DNA of 64,000 bases from Octopus vulgaris (Eukaryota): assembly GCA_951406725.2 (NCBI GenBank), contig OX597830.1, positions 48,174,001 to 48,238,000 on the forward strand, in the 5' to 3' direction. The translations under genes and the position numbers were made by a program. Numbering within the stretch: position 1 is the stretch's first letter; each line of letters opens with the position of its first letter. The notes below the pieces were generated by a model. That model did not search any database and was not told the DNA's origin. It saw only the letters and a program-made list of their open reading frames with translations. Positions 42,012 to 54,539 of this stretch are shown here, piece after piece.

Positions 42012-42680
42012 GTGACTCACTTGCTCACGGAAGATCAAAATCAGTCGTGACTAAGTGTGTGTCGTAATGTAAAAGAACAGTTGGAAGTTGATCCAAATTT
42101 TTTTTTTAAGAAGGCCATCACTAACGAAGAATGCTGGTGCTATATCTACAACCCGGAAACAATAGGGCACTCAAGTTAATGGAAGCATTAAATATTACCA
42201 CGCCCTACAAAAGTGCGTCAAGTGAGGGCCAACTTCAACACGATGCTGATTTGTTTCATTTATGCGAAATGAATTGTCCGCACAGTATTTGTTCCTCCTG
42301 GTCACAATGTTGACCAGACATTTTGCTTAGCAGTTCCGAGGCATTTGCGAGACACGGCGAGACGAAAACGTCCCGACCAGTGGCAGAGTGGAGTGTGGTG
42401 GTTTCATCACGACAAAGAAATTTCGTACTCCGCCTTCAGTGTGAGACAGTTTTTGACCAAAAATGACATGACCTCGTTTACCTACCCTCCATATTCACCC
42501 GATTTTGCTTCCTGTAATATTTTTTTGTTGCCCCGAAAGAAAAAATGTCCTAAAAGAAAAATGTTTTGCAAATGTGAAGGATTTGAAGAAAAAAAAAACG
42601 ACGGAGACGATAAAAGACATCACGAATTGCAGGACTGCTTCGAGTAGTGGAAAACACGTCTGGACCGGAGCATTAAATTC
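42012..42680 (+). mobile_element. Mariner transposase remnant (3' part), copy B
   Basis: RRKRP..WWFHHD..H-like..VRQFL..YPPYSPD motif. Confidence 0.8.
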
Positions 42681-43008
42681 AGAAGTTACTCAATATCCAA
42701 AGAGTTCTTCACAGATAATATTCTCAAATACTCGGTGTAGAAGGCATTAGAGCAGTTTAATTTTCGAAATGACTATTATTTCATGCAAAATTAATGTAAA
42801 TTTTAAGAATTAGTCAAGTTTTAAGCTAGTAATTCTTAGATTACTGATGCCATAATATAGAGAAACCTTTTGTACGAAATATAATGTCGCGTGACACTAA
42901 CGCACGGACGTAGCAGGAAATGTAGAAACGTAATCACGTGTTCATTCTCTTCAAACACTTGACAGAAAACATACCATTGTAAATGAATATATTGAACAAA
43001 GGATGTAT

Positions 43009-43125
43009 TTATACAGTCCTTTCTGTGTTAATTGTTATGTATTTAGAGCATTCATCGTCTACTCTAATTTGTAGGTATGTGTCAGAGAGATCCACTTTAG
43101 AAAAAATCTTGACACCGTTTAAGTT
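43009..43125 (-). mobile_element. Short Ty3/Gypsy RT fragment, same family as 19216-19640
   Basis: LNGVKIFSKVDLSDTYLQIRVDDECSKYITINT. Confidence 0.75.
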
Positions 43126-44539
43126 TAAAAAAAAATAATTTTGAGTTCGTCTGACGACATATTGTGCTACAGGAGAATACCACTCACAGTCTTGGAGAAA
43201 AGATCTATAAGAAGGTCCCATAAGCTATCCAACCACGCTATTTATAATATAACCAGCAAATTCAGTTCCAAACACTCGTGTTCTTAAAATGAAAATATCC
43301 TTCTTGAATAATAGATTTAAGATTAAGAAAAAACAAGGCAAAAATAAACCAAATGGTTGTATCAAAAATGCACGTTTGCAAGAGGAAGCTTCTGTAAAGA
43401 TGTCCGACTCGCGAGATTTAGCAAACATATTTTCCAAATAAACACTCTTTACCATCTTCTAAAATAAAACTCATTGGATAATATTATTTGAAATATATAT
43501 TATGTTCTAAAAAAGAAGTAAGATTTTAGAAGCTTATTTTGAAAAGGAATGCTAACAGAATAAAGATAATATTTGGTTTGACACTTGCAGGCAACAATAG
43601 AAACTAACCCGAAAGGTCAACAGAACACCTCTAAGCATTTGAGTTTTTGAATTGAGATTTTGATAAAAAGATAGGAAAATCGAAAGTGTTGGCATTGACA
43701 GCTTTCAAAATATTTGGTGTTGTCATTTGACGTAATGCCCAGAGAAATCAGGCCGGCATGTATGTATGTATGTATGTATGTATGTATGTATGTATGTATG
43801 TATGTATATATGTATGTATGTATGTATGTCCGTCCGTCCGTCCCTTCTGTATTTAATCATTTAAATTCATCCCCTGAAAAAGGAACTTGTTTCTAACAAA
43901 TTGACAAAGCTCCATGTTGGAATGTAGATAACGAAAGCAATGCCGCATTTTAAACCTGAGAAAATCTTGCATAGTTTTGCTGTTCCGTTTATAGATTGTA
44001 TTTGTAATGTGTCAGTCAATCGGTTGGTTTCTTTTTCTGAAAATCTAAGCTTATCCAGCCTGACAGATAAGTATTTATTTTCGAAAATCAAGTGCTCCCG
44101 TTATTATTGAGATAAATGTAAATTTGTAATCCGGATATACAAGTTGGAGGTTTCAGAGCAGTTGTCCATAGTTATCTTCTTTCTCTTTAATTTTCAAAGA
44201 GAGGACGGCTGACCTCTACGTAACGGAGACCACCTCTACCTACAATGAAAACAAGGCGGCAGAGACTTAACATCGATCCAGGCTGATTTTGAATGTCGTA
44301 TTAAAATCCCTTCAGCAACATCTTTTAATCACCAAATATTGAAGTGCATCACTTGGCCACATTTGCATACACGCGGCAGATAACACTCTTTGTCTGATAA
44401 TCTAGAATATATGTCCAAAATGTCGCACGACTCTACCACAACATATCAGCAAATGAAAGGATGAATGTATATCAGCAGAAGATCATGCATGGATATGTTA
44501 GCAGAAAGCTTCGGGATGATATTAACATTGATCATAAAA

Positions 44540-45150
44540 GCAATCAGCCATGGACCAACGACCGGACTACAAACTCTCACGTTGACCGCTATGCTTTTGC
44601 AATCCAAGAATAGGAAGTATCGAATAAATACTTGATGCAAAAAAGGTTCAAAGACGCGGGTAACATACCAAACTATGATAACCGATGCAGACTTTCTGAA
44701 GTTAACACCATGCTGTCACCCACATCATAAGCAGTTGTTCGAAAATGTCATCGCGGTATTACCAATCGATGTGATATGATGTGATTAAGACACTGTATAA
44801 CAAGATCCATCGGAAGAATAACCCTGACACCAAAGAAATAATAATCCACAGTTTGGTAGAGGCCATAGCCACTCATAATAAGAAGGAGTACTGATGGAAT
44901 GTCCCAGTGAAAACCTCAATAAAATTTAAGCATAATGGGACTGACATAGTCATTTGGGATAGAAAAAGAGAAACTGTATAAAGTTGTGGAAATTAGCTGT
45001 TCAGCGGATGTTAACATAAAGATCAGCGAAAAAGAGTATACCTACGCTGAATTATTGAGAAATATACTGTTACTCTATCCCGATTACAAGTTCAGATTTA
45101 TATCTCTAATTATTGCGGTACCAGAATATATAGAACACGTTGCCCAAGCG
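44540..45150 (+). mobile_element. Decayed RLE-type LINE fragment in the tail-to-tail spacer
   Basis: Remnants of CRL..VTHIISSC and DIVIWDR..VEISC.ADVN..EKE.TY.ELLR motifs. Confidence 0.6.
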
Positions 45151-45754
45151 TCAGCCATGAGAAAGTTGAAATAGAAAGATGTGGCTTATGCTACAGCTGT
45201 TTCGCTACTGACTAGTGTTTGAGGCTTGCCCTAGTTTTATAGGCGAGTTCATGACTGAAAATAGTATACGTATTGAATCGGATTTGATTGATAGAGGATA
45301 GTCACATGACAGGTCTTAGAAACGGATATATGGATATCTTAGAATGTTTTTTAGGTTCCCCGCTACGTGTGTGTGTTGGGATCAAGTGACATGTTTGGCA
45401 CCGTAAGGTAAGGCTGACACGGTTGATTGAACATGTCCAAATGATCAATGCTTTGAATGTTTTCTGTCGAGTGTTTGAAGAGAATGAACACGTGATTAAG
45501 TTTCTACATTTCCTGCTACGTCCGTGCGTTAGTGTCACGCGACATTATATTTTGTACAAAAGGTTTCTCTATATTATGGCATCAGTAATCTAAGAATTAC
45601 TAGCTTAAGACTTGTCTAATTCTTAAAATTTACATTAATTTTGCATGAAATAATAGTCATTTCGAAAATTAAACTGCTCTAAGGCCTTCTACACCGAGTA
45701 TTTGAGAATATTATCTGTGAAGAACTCTTTGGATATTGAGTAACTTCTGAATTT

Positions 45755-46965
45755 AATGCACCGGTCCAGACGCGTTTTCCACTATTCGAAGCAGTCCTGC
45801 AATTCGTGATGTCTTTTATCGCCTCCGCCGTCTTTTTTTCTTCAAATCCTTCACATTTGCAAAACATTTTTCTTTTAGAACTTTTTTTCTTTCGGGGTAA
45901 CAAAATTATTACAGGGAGCAAGATCGGGTGAATATGGAGGGTAGGTAAACGAGGTCATGTCATTATTGGTCAAAAACTGTCTCACACTGAAGGCGGTGTA
46001 CGAAATTTCTTTGTCGTGATGAAACCACCACACTCCACTCTGCCACTGGTCGGGACGTTTTCGTCTCGCCGTGTCTCGCAAATGCCTCGGAACTGCCAAG
46101 CAAAATGTCTGGTCAACAGTTTGACCAGGAGGAACAAATACTGTGCGGACAATTCATTTAACATAAATGATACAAATCAGCATCGTCTTGAAGTTGGCCC
46201 TCACTTGACGCACTTGACTTGTAGGGCGCGGTGATATTTAATGCTTCCATTGGCTTGGGTGTTCTATCGTTTCCGGGTTGTAGATATAGCTCCAGCCTTC
46301 GTCGCTAGTGATGGCCTTCTTAAAAAAATTTTGAGATCAACTTCCAACTGTTCTTTCACTTGACGACACGCACTTAGTCACGACTGATTTTGATCTTCCG
46401 TGAGCAAGTGAGTCACAGATTTTGCTGCAACTCTTTCATTCACAATTCCTCGCTAAAAACTCATTGACAGAAACTCCAGAACACATCAGTTGTATCAACA
46501 CGTTCATCAATTGTTCGGCAACGGTCTTCCAAGACCAGTTCACGAATTTTCGTGATGTTTTCATTCGTTCATGAGGTCGACGGTGGCCAAGAGGTTGGTC
46601 TTCATGCGACAAGTGAGCGTTCCTAAAGCGTGAAAACCTACTCGTAAAATTGTGTTTTGGTCATAGCAGCATCCTTGTAAGCTGTTCGAAGCATGGCAAC
46701 TGTTTCGGCCGCCGGTTTCCCCCAGCAAAAAACAGAATGTCTAGGAAGCACGCTGTCCCCTCGTTTCATCCATCGCTATAATCGACAAACAAAGGAGAAG
46801 TACTGCAAGACAAAGACGCACCACGTGACAGTACGGCTCTTGACAACGGCGCCAGTCGGCAGGAGGATGCCCGATGGGCGCATCAAGTGGCTTCTAGCCG
46901 TAGAAGCCTAAACTATAGCGGGTATGTCCCACAGACAACGTTTCCGTTTACTTTTGGGTACCCTT
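45755..46965 (-). mobile_element. Mariner transposase remnant, longer copy C version
   Basis: YPPYSPDLAPC motif plus an upstream HTH-region remnant that is missing in copy B. Confidence 0.8.
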
Positions 46966-49071
46966 CGTATTGATGTTTATAAATAGATATGATGGTGCCA
47001 CTGTCATGAGCGGGGGAATCGCTGGTGTTCAAGCGAAATTGCTTGTCGCAGCCCCATCTGCAACTTGTGTCAGCTTCCACCAACTGAACCTAGATGTAGA
47101 TAACTTCTTAACAAAAATGTAAAGGCTATCGGGGAATTTTTCGTCATACAAAAGGAACTTTACCTGTTTATGGATCGATTCAGACTGCCTCAGTACCATT
47201 GCTTACAAGAAGAAAAACGAGTCCAACCAGCAGAGAAGAAAATCTTCTCCTATACACGATGGTTCTGTCAGCAGGGACCGTGCAATGTTGTTCCTTATGA
47301 GCTTTCCTTCATTATGGACATCCTCCCTCATTTCAGTGAGGTTATCAAGTCATGGGAGAGGCAAATTAAAGACACGTGCTTCTTTTACGTTTGTCTATGA
47401 AAGTTTACGCTTTCGTCTCCTCTAAACAAGTTTTAATACGAATCAAGTCTTTAGCAAAAATATTACAAATCTTTACTGCTGTGACTACAGCAACGGCAAT
47501 GCTATCCAGTTAAACATCTTCATATCAAACGAAAAGAAAGTTTTGTAGCCTCCGATTGAGTAACACATCAGTGAAGTTATTAAAATCAACCCACTGACTC
47601 GGTAGATACCTAATCTACGAGGAAAATCTCCACAGAAGAAGGGTCTCATCAGTCAGTGAGAATGTTGAAAATCGGCTGAAAATTAATAGAGCACCTTTCA
47701 TCAATTTTCACCGTGAGACCGTCATCCCTATATTGAACCAGAGTTGCTTAGAGTTCCGACACCAATTTTCGGCATAAAATTGTGATATCATGATAAATCT
47801 CTATTATCTCAATCCGTAAATTCTCCCGTTTCTGAACATTGTTTGTCTCAAATTCATAGCAGATACATTTCAACTGAATTTAGAGGCCCTGGTGTGGTCT
47901 GAATGTTACTCTGCAAGCGACTCATCGGGTGGAAGTGACACATTTTGATCTATTTACCCGATTTACTTGAGATTTTGAATCTCTCAACAGATTCATCGAT
48001 TGGACTGATCGAACTGCTGCAAGAAGACGTAACACTGCCTGTAAGCACACGGCAGTCTATGAATGAATACTTTCTCAAGGTGTAGAGGATAAAGTCTTAT
48101 CAGGCGATTTCCGTGGTAGACAATAAACCGGACAATTCATGCCCAAGTATAATGAATAAATGGTGTGATGAAAACCTGAATTTTAAAGACATCTTCTTTC
48201 ATTTTGCCACACAACAACGAAAAGAGAATCACTTTCGAGGTGTTCCTATTTTTATGACTTATAATAGACGGTGCTAACGTTTTATTTATTTGTGATTTTC
48301 AATCATGTTGAAAAGTTGACTTCAAATTTCATTTATTAAATCAAAAGTCAAATTATTATTTATTTAAAATTTTTGCCCGTGCTTTTTTAAAACTAATGCT
48401 GACTGGGCTACAACACAGCGATTGGGTCTCCACTGCTCCAGAACTTTAATCGCCTGAAATGCAATCCCTGATCCAATTTTCCCAACAGATGTCAACACAC
48501 AAATCTTCAAACTAAGCATTAACCCTATCGATCTCACCAATCCATAAAGACTTGCAAACACAATGTCCACCGCCACCTCTCCTCTTCAAGAAACTATAAA
48601 CAAAGAATCCAATATTAATCTAAAACTAAACAAATGAAAACAAAAGGAACATTTTACGACATGTATGGTCAGCATTGCAATTTATGTTTTTCACAGCAAA
48701 AAACTATTTTATCTTTTCGATAACCTGAAAGAAATCGTGGGGCTTCTGAGTTTACGATCAAATTTCTATTAGATTTCGTTTTCCCGTATAATTGATTTCG
48801 TATTTTGGTTTAACCTATTCTTCGTTTAACCTGTACTTATAAGTTGCTGAAACACAAAATTTCGTCCAAAGAGAAAAAGCAAAGATTCTTATTTTAATTT
48901 CGCTTTATAATCCTTAATAAAAGCTGTTTAGATCAGCCAGCTTAAATAGTTTCCGAGAGACCAGAGCTAAAACTCAAATTAGCAATCATGTTCTAAGAGA
49001 AGACTAATTTAGAACGAAAAACGTTAGCAATTAAAATTAATCAACAAAAGAAATAACTGAATTAAATTGAT

Positions 49072-49077
49072 TTTATT
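49072..49077 (-). promoter_or_regulatory. Candidate polyadenylation signal of copy C
   Basis: AATAAA on the minus strand at the position equivalent to 40084. Confidence 0.5.
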
Positions 49078-49188
49078 CACAAAGAAACACACATTTTATC
49101 TTATATAATTATTATTAGCAAACGTGATCCGTTGAAGACTTGCTCACATTTCATGGAGAAGTAATTTTTGGATGAATTCCATTAAAGT

Positions 49189-51085
49189 TCAGATCAGTTT
49201 CTTTAGTAGGCACTTAGTGTTAGTATATGAAAAGGCGGTACATGTAGAAGATATCAAACATAAACGGGAACAATCCAGAACCGAGTGAGCATGCATTTGG
49301 GCCTTGGTAATAAGGTTGTGATGTGGATTTTGTTTGAAGGAAAAAGTTGAATAAGTTGTCAAATCATTAATTTCTTTTTCTGCAATAGTGAAAAAAGCAA
49401 GAGAAAACACAAGAAATATAACAACATAAATGAAGCTATTTCACTTCATTGGAAGGTACAAGGGAAACGAATGGATATGGAATATTGATTCGATAGATCG
49501 ATTTTATTAATGTTCCGTTTGGACATCTTTAGAGTAGTGCGAGTATGGAGTGAGATCCTGAGTGTTGTATTATCTAGAAATGAAGGATTGGGGATAATAA
49601 TTGATGCGGGATGTGATCTGGTTGGTGTAATAGGATGTATGACGGGAGAAGGAGAAGGGGCATGTGGCTGGGTATCTTGGGGAGAGGAATTATAAATTTA
49701 CTGCTAATATATTTAACTAAGAATTAGGACACCAAGTAGAAGAAATAATGCGATGAAGAAGAGACCGACATTTATTTCTGTTATTTTTTCGACAAGAACT
49801 GGAGACAGAAGATCAATGAATTAAAGATGAGAAACAAGAAAAAGAAAAAAGGACACACAAAATAAGCAAAAATAGGTCTTACTGTTAACGAAATAATAAG
49901 AGTCGAAAACTCTTATACCACATCCGACAGAATTAATCTTGTCCAGTGTATTTGACTGTTTGAAATCGTTCCAAAGTTCTGAAATGGAATAAAAATAGTT
50001 TCTTATTCTTCTGATGGTCTTAATATCTTTCGTGATTTCTTTAATATTAATCAAGAAATCCTAATCTCCTTAATACAATCGACTTCCCTATTTATATATA
50101 AGACAATTTTATATAAGAAGTCATTACTTCTTTAATATATGTTGAGTTCTATTTACTATCCTTTATTTCTAGTAATAACACAAGGCCTCAGATATGAAGG
50201 CACAGACGTTTATAAAGATCCTAGCTACTTTCGAAATGTACTTCAATCATGTCTTTATATGTATAACGGTATAATTGTAACGGGAAATGCGTAACAGGCA
50301 CGATGTAGCATGTTGTTTGTAACACGTAGAGATGTGACAAGTTGGCGAAAGACTGTGCATTGCTTAGATAATATTTCTGGAAGCACTGCAAAGAACTGCT
50401 GAAAGGTATTTCACACTTATTGTAGATTTTACTTACACGGTTCTGCAACTGCGACGAGTGGGAAGTAAACACAAAATTTAGTTAGTTTTGATGGATAATC
50501 TATTACCATGGTAGTTGTTAATAGTGAACCCTAACTTGAGTAGGGTAAATGGGGCAAAGCTCGCGAGAAGGTGCCATAGTTAACTGTTTGGAAGTTGCAA
50601 AGGAAAGAGAACATTTTTCTCTTGGTATCTCGAATTTATTGCAGTACTAAAGTCAAGTCAGACCATTGACAATAGACCGGAATGGGTCAACAAGATTACA
50701 CTCTATCTCATCTAAAATGGTGGCGAAGTAAATAGGTAAAACGAATGAATTCTAAACACAAATGGCGAGAACAATATAAACAAGCGTGAAGACCGAGGTT
50801 TCGATTCTAGGTAAGGAGTCCGGTGTATATATCTTACAAATATAATTAATCCGCATTGGAGTTGGAAAAAATGATTTTTTTTTCTGGAACAGCTCAGAGA
50901 AGCGTGTAGAATAGATCGGAATTAATTTTAATATGTTGTCTGCAATGCTAAAGCGGCGGACTGGCCGAATCGTTAGCACGCCGGACGAAATGCTTTTCGT
51001 ATTGTCTATTTACCTTTGTGAAGAGGTTCGTCCATCCTTCTAAAATATCAAAATCAATAATAATGATAACAATATTATAATGGTG

Positions 51086-51183
<98 letters not shown>

Positions 51184-53672
51184 GAGCGCTAGCCTTGACA
51201 GCGGCTGCACTGACCAGTCAGTAGCCGAAGACACAGAAACACTAACACAACCCGGCAGAACAACTGAAATATAACTTTTGGTAATTGGAACATCTACAAT
51301 ATCCTGTGAGTATTTTAAAATCTCACCACCGCCCCACAAGGCTAGAAACTTACATATCTTTAATTTTCTCTGGGCGAACACACAAACGATCATCTTTAAA
51401 ATCTTTAAAAAATGTTAAAAAATATTTACAACTTCTGTGAATACTAACTCTCTCCTTTCTCCCTGAATATTCAAAAATATAAACACCCTTTTTATTGTAA
51501 GAACACTACAGTTTGCTCTGGCCGGACATACAAACGGTCATCTTGAGAAAATTAAAAACTTTAATATCTACAATTTTCTGTGAATCTTTTACCCTTCTTT
51601 TCACCCTGACTACTCAATTATGTAAACGTACCTTTTATAGCCACAAATTAAACGCACGAAAAAAATATATAAATTAATTACTCATAGTCTGATATAATAA
51701 TATTTCGGAATATAAAAATTCCTTCTTCAGATATTGCTAGGAATTGATCGAGTTACTGCTATAATCGGTTTTTCCCAACGTTTACTGAATTTATTTTTCG
51801 GAAGCGTCTCTGCAGTGGTCTTACGAAGCCCCTGCTGGAATTCCTCATGAGAAATGCGTGAGGGCGGCCCTGCCTCGAGCTCGGGTGTGTTGGCATATCC
51901 GCAGCGCTGCTTCTAAGTCATGTATTATTGTACGTGCAGTATTTTTTATAATACCTGAGCATGTTACCAGAAATGAACTTACACACATCCAGATGTAGCT
52001 GAATTATATACTGGCTGAAAATATGCAGCATGTTGTTAATTTGGGGTCCTAGTCTGTCTATGAGGAAGCTATCTTCATAGACAGACTAGGGCCCTAGTAT
52101 TTCAGAAGACTGAGGTTGGTGTTGCGCTAAAAATTGACTGGATAGAATAAAATCCAAGCAGTCGATACGTGGGCGATAGCATCACTTCGGTATGGAGTGA
52201 GAATTATAAAATGGCAAAAGAGAGAAATGAAGAATACCAAGACCAGAAACATTTTGACCGTGCACGGAGCTTTCCCTCCTAAGAATGACACTTGTCCCAA
52301 AGAAAGCGTGGGAGTGGCTTGATCAATTTCCAGTTGCCAGGACTGTATCGAAGCAGGGAAAAACAACCTAGGGTGGAATATACAAAAACAAAATGAAACA
52401 CACAAAGGCAGGGATCATCGACACTGAAAATTGTTTACATCAGTAAATGTAACATTGCTTTCCAAATGACTTCCTTTGCAGCCAACATCATCACTGTTGA
52501 GGGATTGATGCAGTCCCTTAAAGGTGATGAATTCCCTTTCTCTGGGAAAGTCTGGTACAAGATCGTTTCACTCCACCACTCCTCAATAATGAACCCCGGT
52601 TGCTGCTGGGTTTTGATAATAATTCAAAGAGACAGGGTCGTAAAAGTAATACCATCTCCCCAGGCACAACATCTGACTTGGTTCTTGGACTTCAAGACAG
52701 GTTCTATTGAAAGAATTGGTCTGTCAGCAGTTTGAAGCATACTTTTGTGTCTGTACACACTTCGCTGTTTCAAATTGTCTTTCAATGCAAGACGCCATTT
52801 GGAGAAAATTCCCGCCATCTGAATGCAATAATCATACAGTCGGTAAGATAGCGACAAGAGTTTTTGAGATGAGTGAGTTCCCGGTGATTGCAAATATGTG
52901 GTTGAGTTGGTGGGACTGTCGATGCATACACTCAATCGTGTGCATCTATTCACATAAGAATCACAGATGGAGTATTTTGGAAATGTTTTACAAACCTTCA
53001 CTGCGGCACTAAAAGATTCGATTTGGACAATCCGCGTCAGTTTTTCTTTTGCTCTTTCTCTGACAAACCGAGTATTTATAGGTTTTTCTGCAAATGTGCA
53101 AAATTGTTGCTACATAATCTAATGCACTTCTGATGAAAGGTGCAAACGAGACTTTATGGTCAGGGTACAAGAGCTGTAAGTTTTTCTTAAATGTTCTATT
53201 TTACTAAAACTTTTGATTGTATATTCACATCCGCTAGGCAGCTGACCCCTACAACAATGCATGACTTTTTTCCCCTGTGCCACAGAACAATATCAGGTCT
53301 GCTATATTTGCACCGAATTGATGTTTGTTTTTGCGGGGAGTTCCACCTGTATTCCTTGCTTTCAAAAGGTCTGATTACTTGCTGGTTCTAACATGGCTTC
53401 GATGTATACGTCCGAGCAGTCCTTCCTATGGGTAGCATCGTAAATAGTCTTTGCAACTATATCATGCCTCAGGGGGGAGGTAGAATCTTGTAGGCATTTT
53501 GTCGCAACTACTGATGATGTGGGTGACATCTTTCACACTAGTATAGCAGAGCCGACATTTCCATCACAGCATGGAGGTTTGGTGCTATCTTTGTCCCTAT
53601 TGCTCATTGATTATTTAGTAGTTATCTGTACGTATGAGTGTGTGCATGTATGTATGTATGTATGTATGTATG

Positions 53673-53706
<34 letters not shown>

Positions 53707-54240
53707 TGTATGTATGCATGCATGCGTGCATCAATATATGTATGCATGCAAGTATGTATGTATGAATGTATTTATGTATGTATGTATTATGTATGTATCT
53801 ATCTATCTCTCTATCTATCTAATCTGATATTGAGTCCATACCTATATATGACATTAGACTTAACCAAAGATAGAGCCAAGTAAATCAAAGTCCTGGCCTC
53901 AATATAACAGACTAACACATTTTTGAAGGTGGTACCTTAGTCTTGCCCAACTGACTGTGTATAATTCCAACAAAATAAATAAATAAAAACAAGAAAATGA
54001 AGCTCTTACCTCTGTTTATTTTGGTGTAAGACCAACCCGTGTCAAAATACAACGCAACAGTTGTATGATCTTTAGTTGACAGCTGGCACGATTTGTAATT
54101 AAATTTATAGTCAAACGATTGGCAATTTGGTTTTGCTTCGCAAACAAGCAGACACTGCGTGTAATTGAAGGCAGAAATGACACCCAAATCATAGTTATTA
54201 AGTAGACCAGTTCTGTAAATCAAATCAAAAGGGCATCTTC
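49189..54240 (-). CDS. Copy C, 3' part of paralog: exons 4-6, complement(54010-54240, 49883-49978, 49189-49379); exons 1-3 expected just right of the window
   Basis: Same exon lengths as copy B (231, 96, 191 nt), intact AG/GT sites, open frames, and all core PAN cysteines retained. Confidence 0.85.
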
Positions 54241-54422
54241 CTGTAAGAAGAAGAAAATAAATAAATCAATGTTGTCTTTTGTAGAGTTTCGTAATGGTGG
54301 TGGGACCATTTCACGGTGAATGGTTTTCTTATTTTTGAATAATGAGAAATACTTAATAGATATATTTTCTACTCTTTAAGAGACATCAATATTGTGATAA
54401 TATTGTGATGATAAAAGAGAGG

Positions 54423-54507
<85 letters not shown>

Positions 54508-54539
54508 TAATTATTATGGCAACAACAAAAACAACAACA

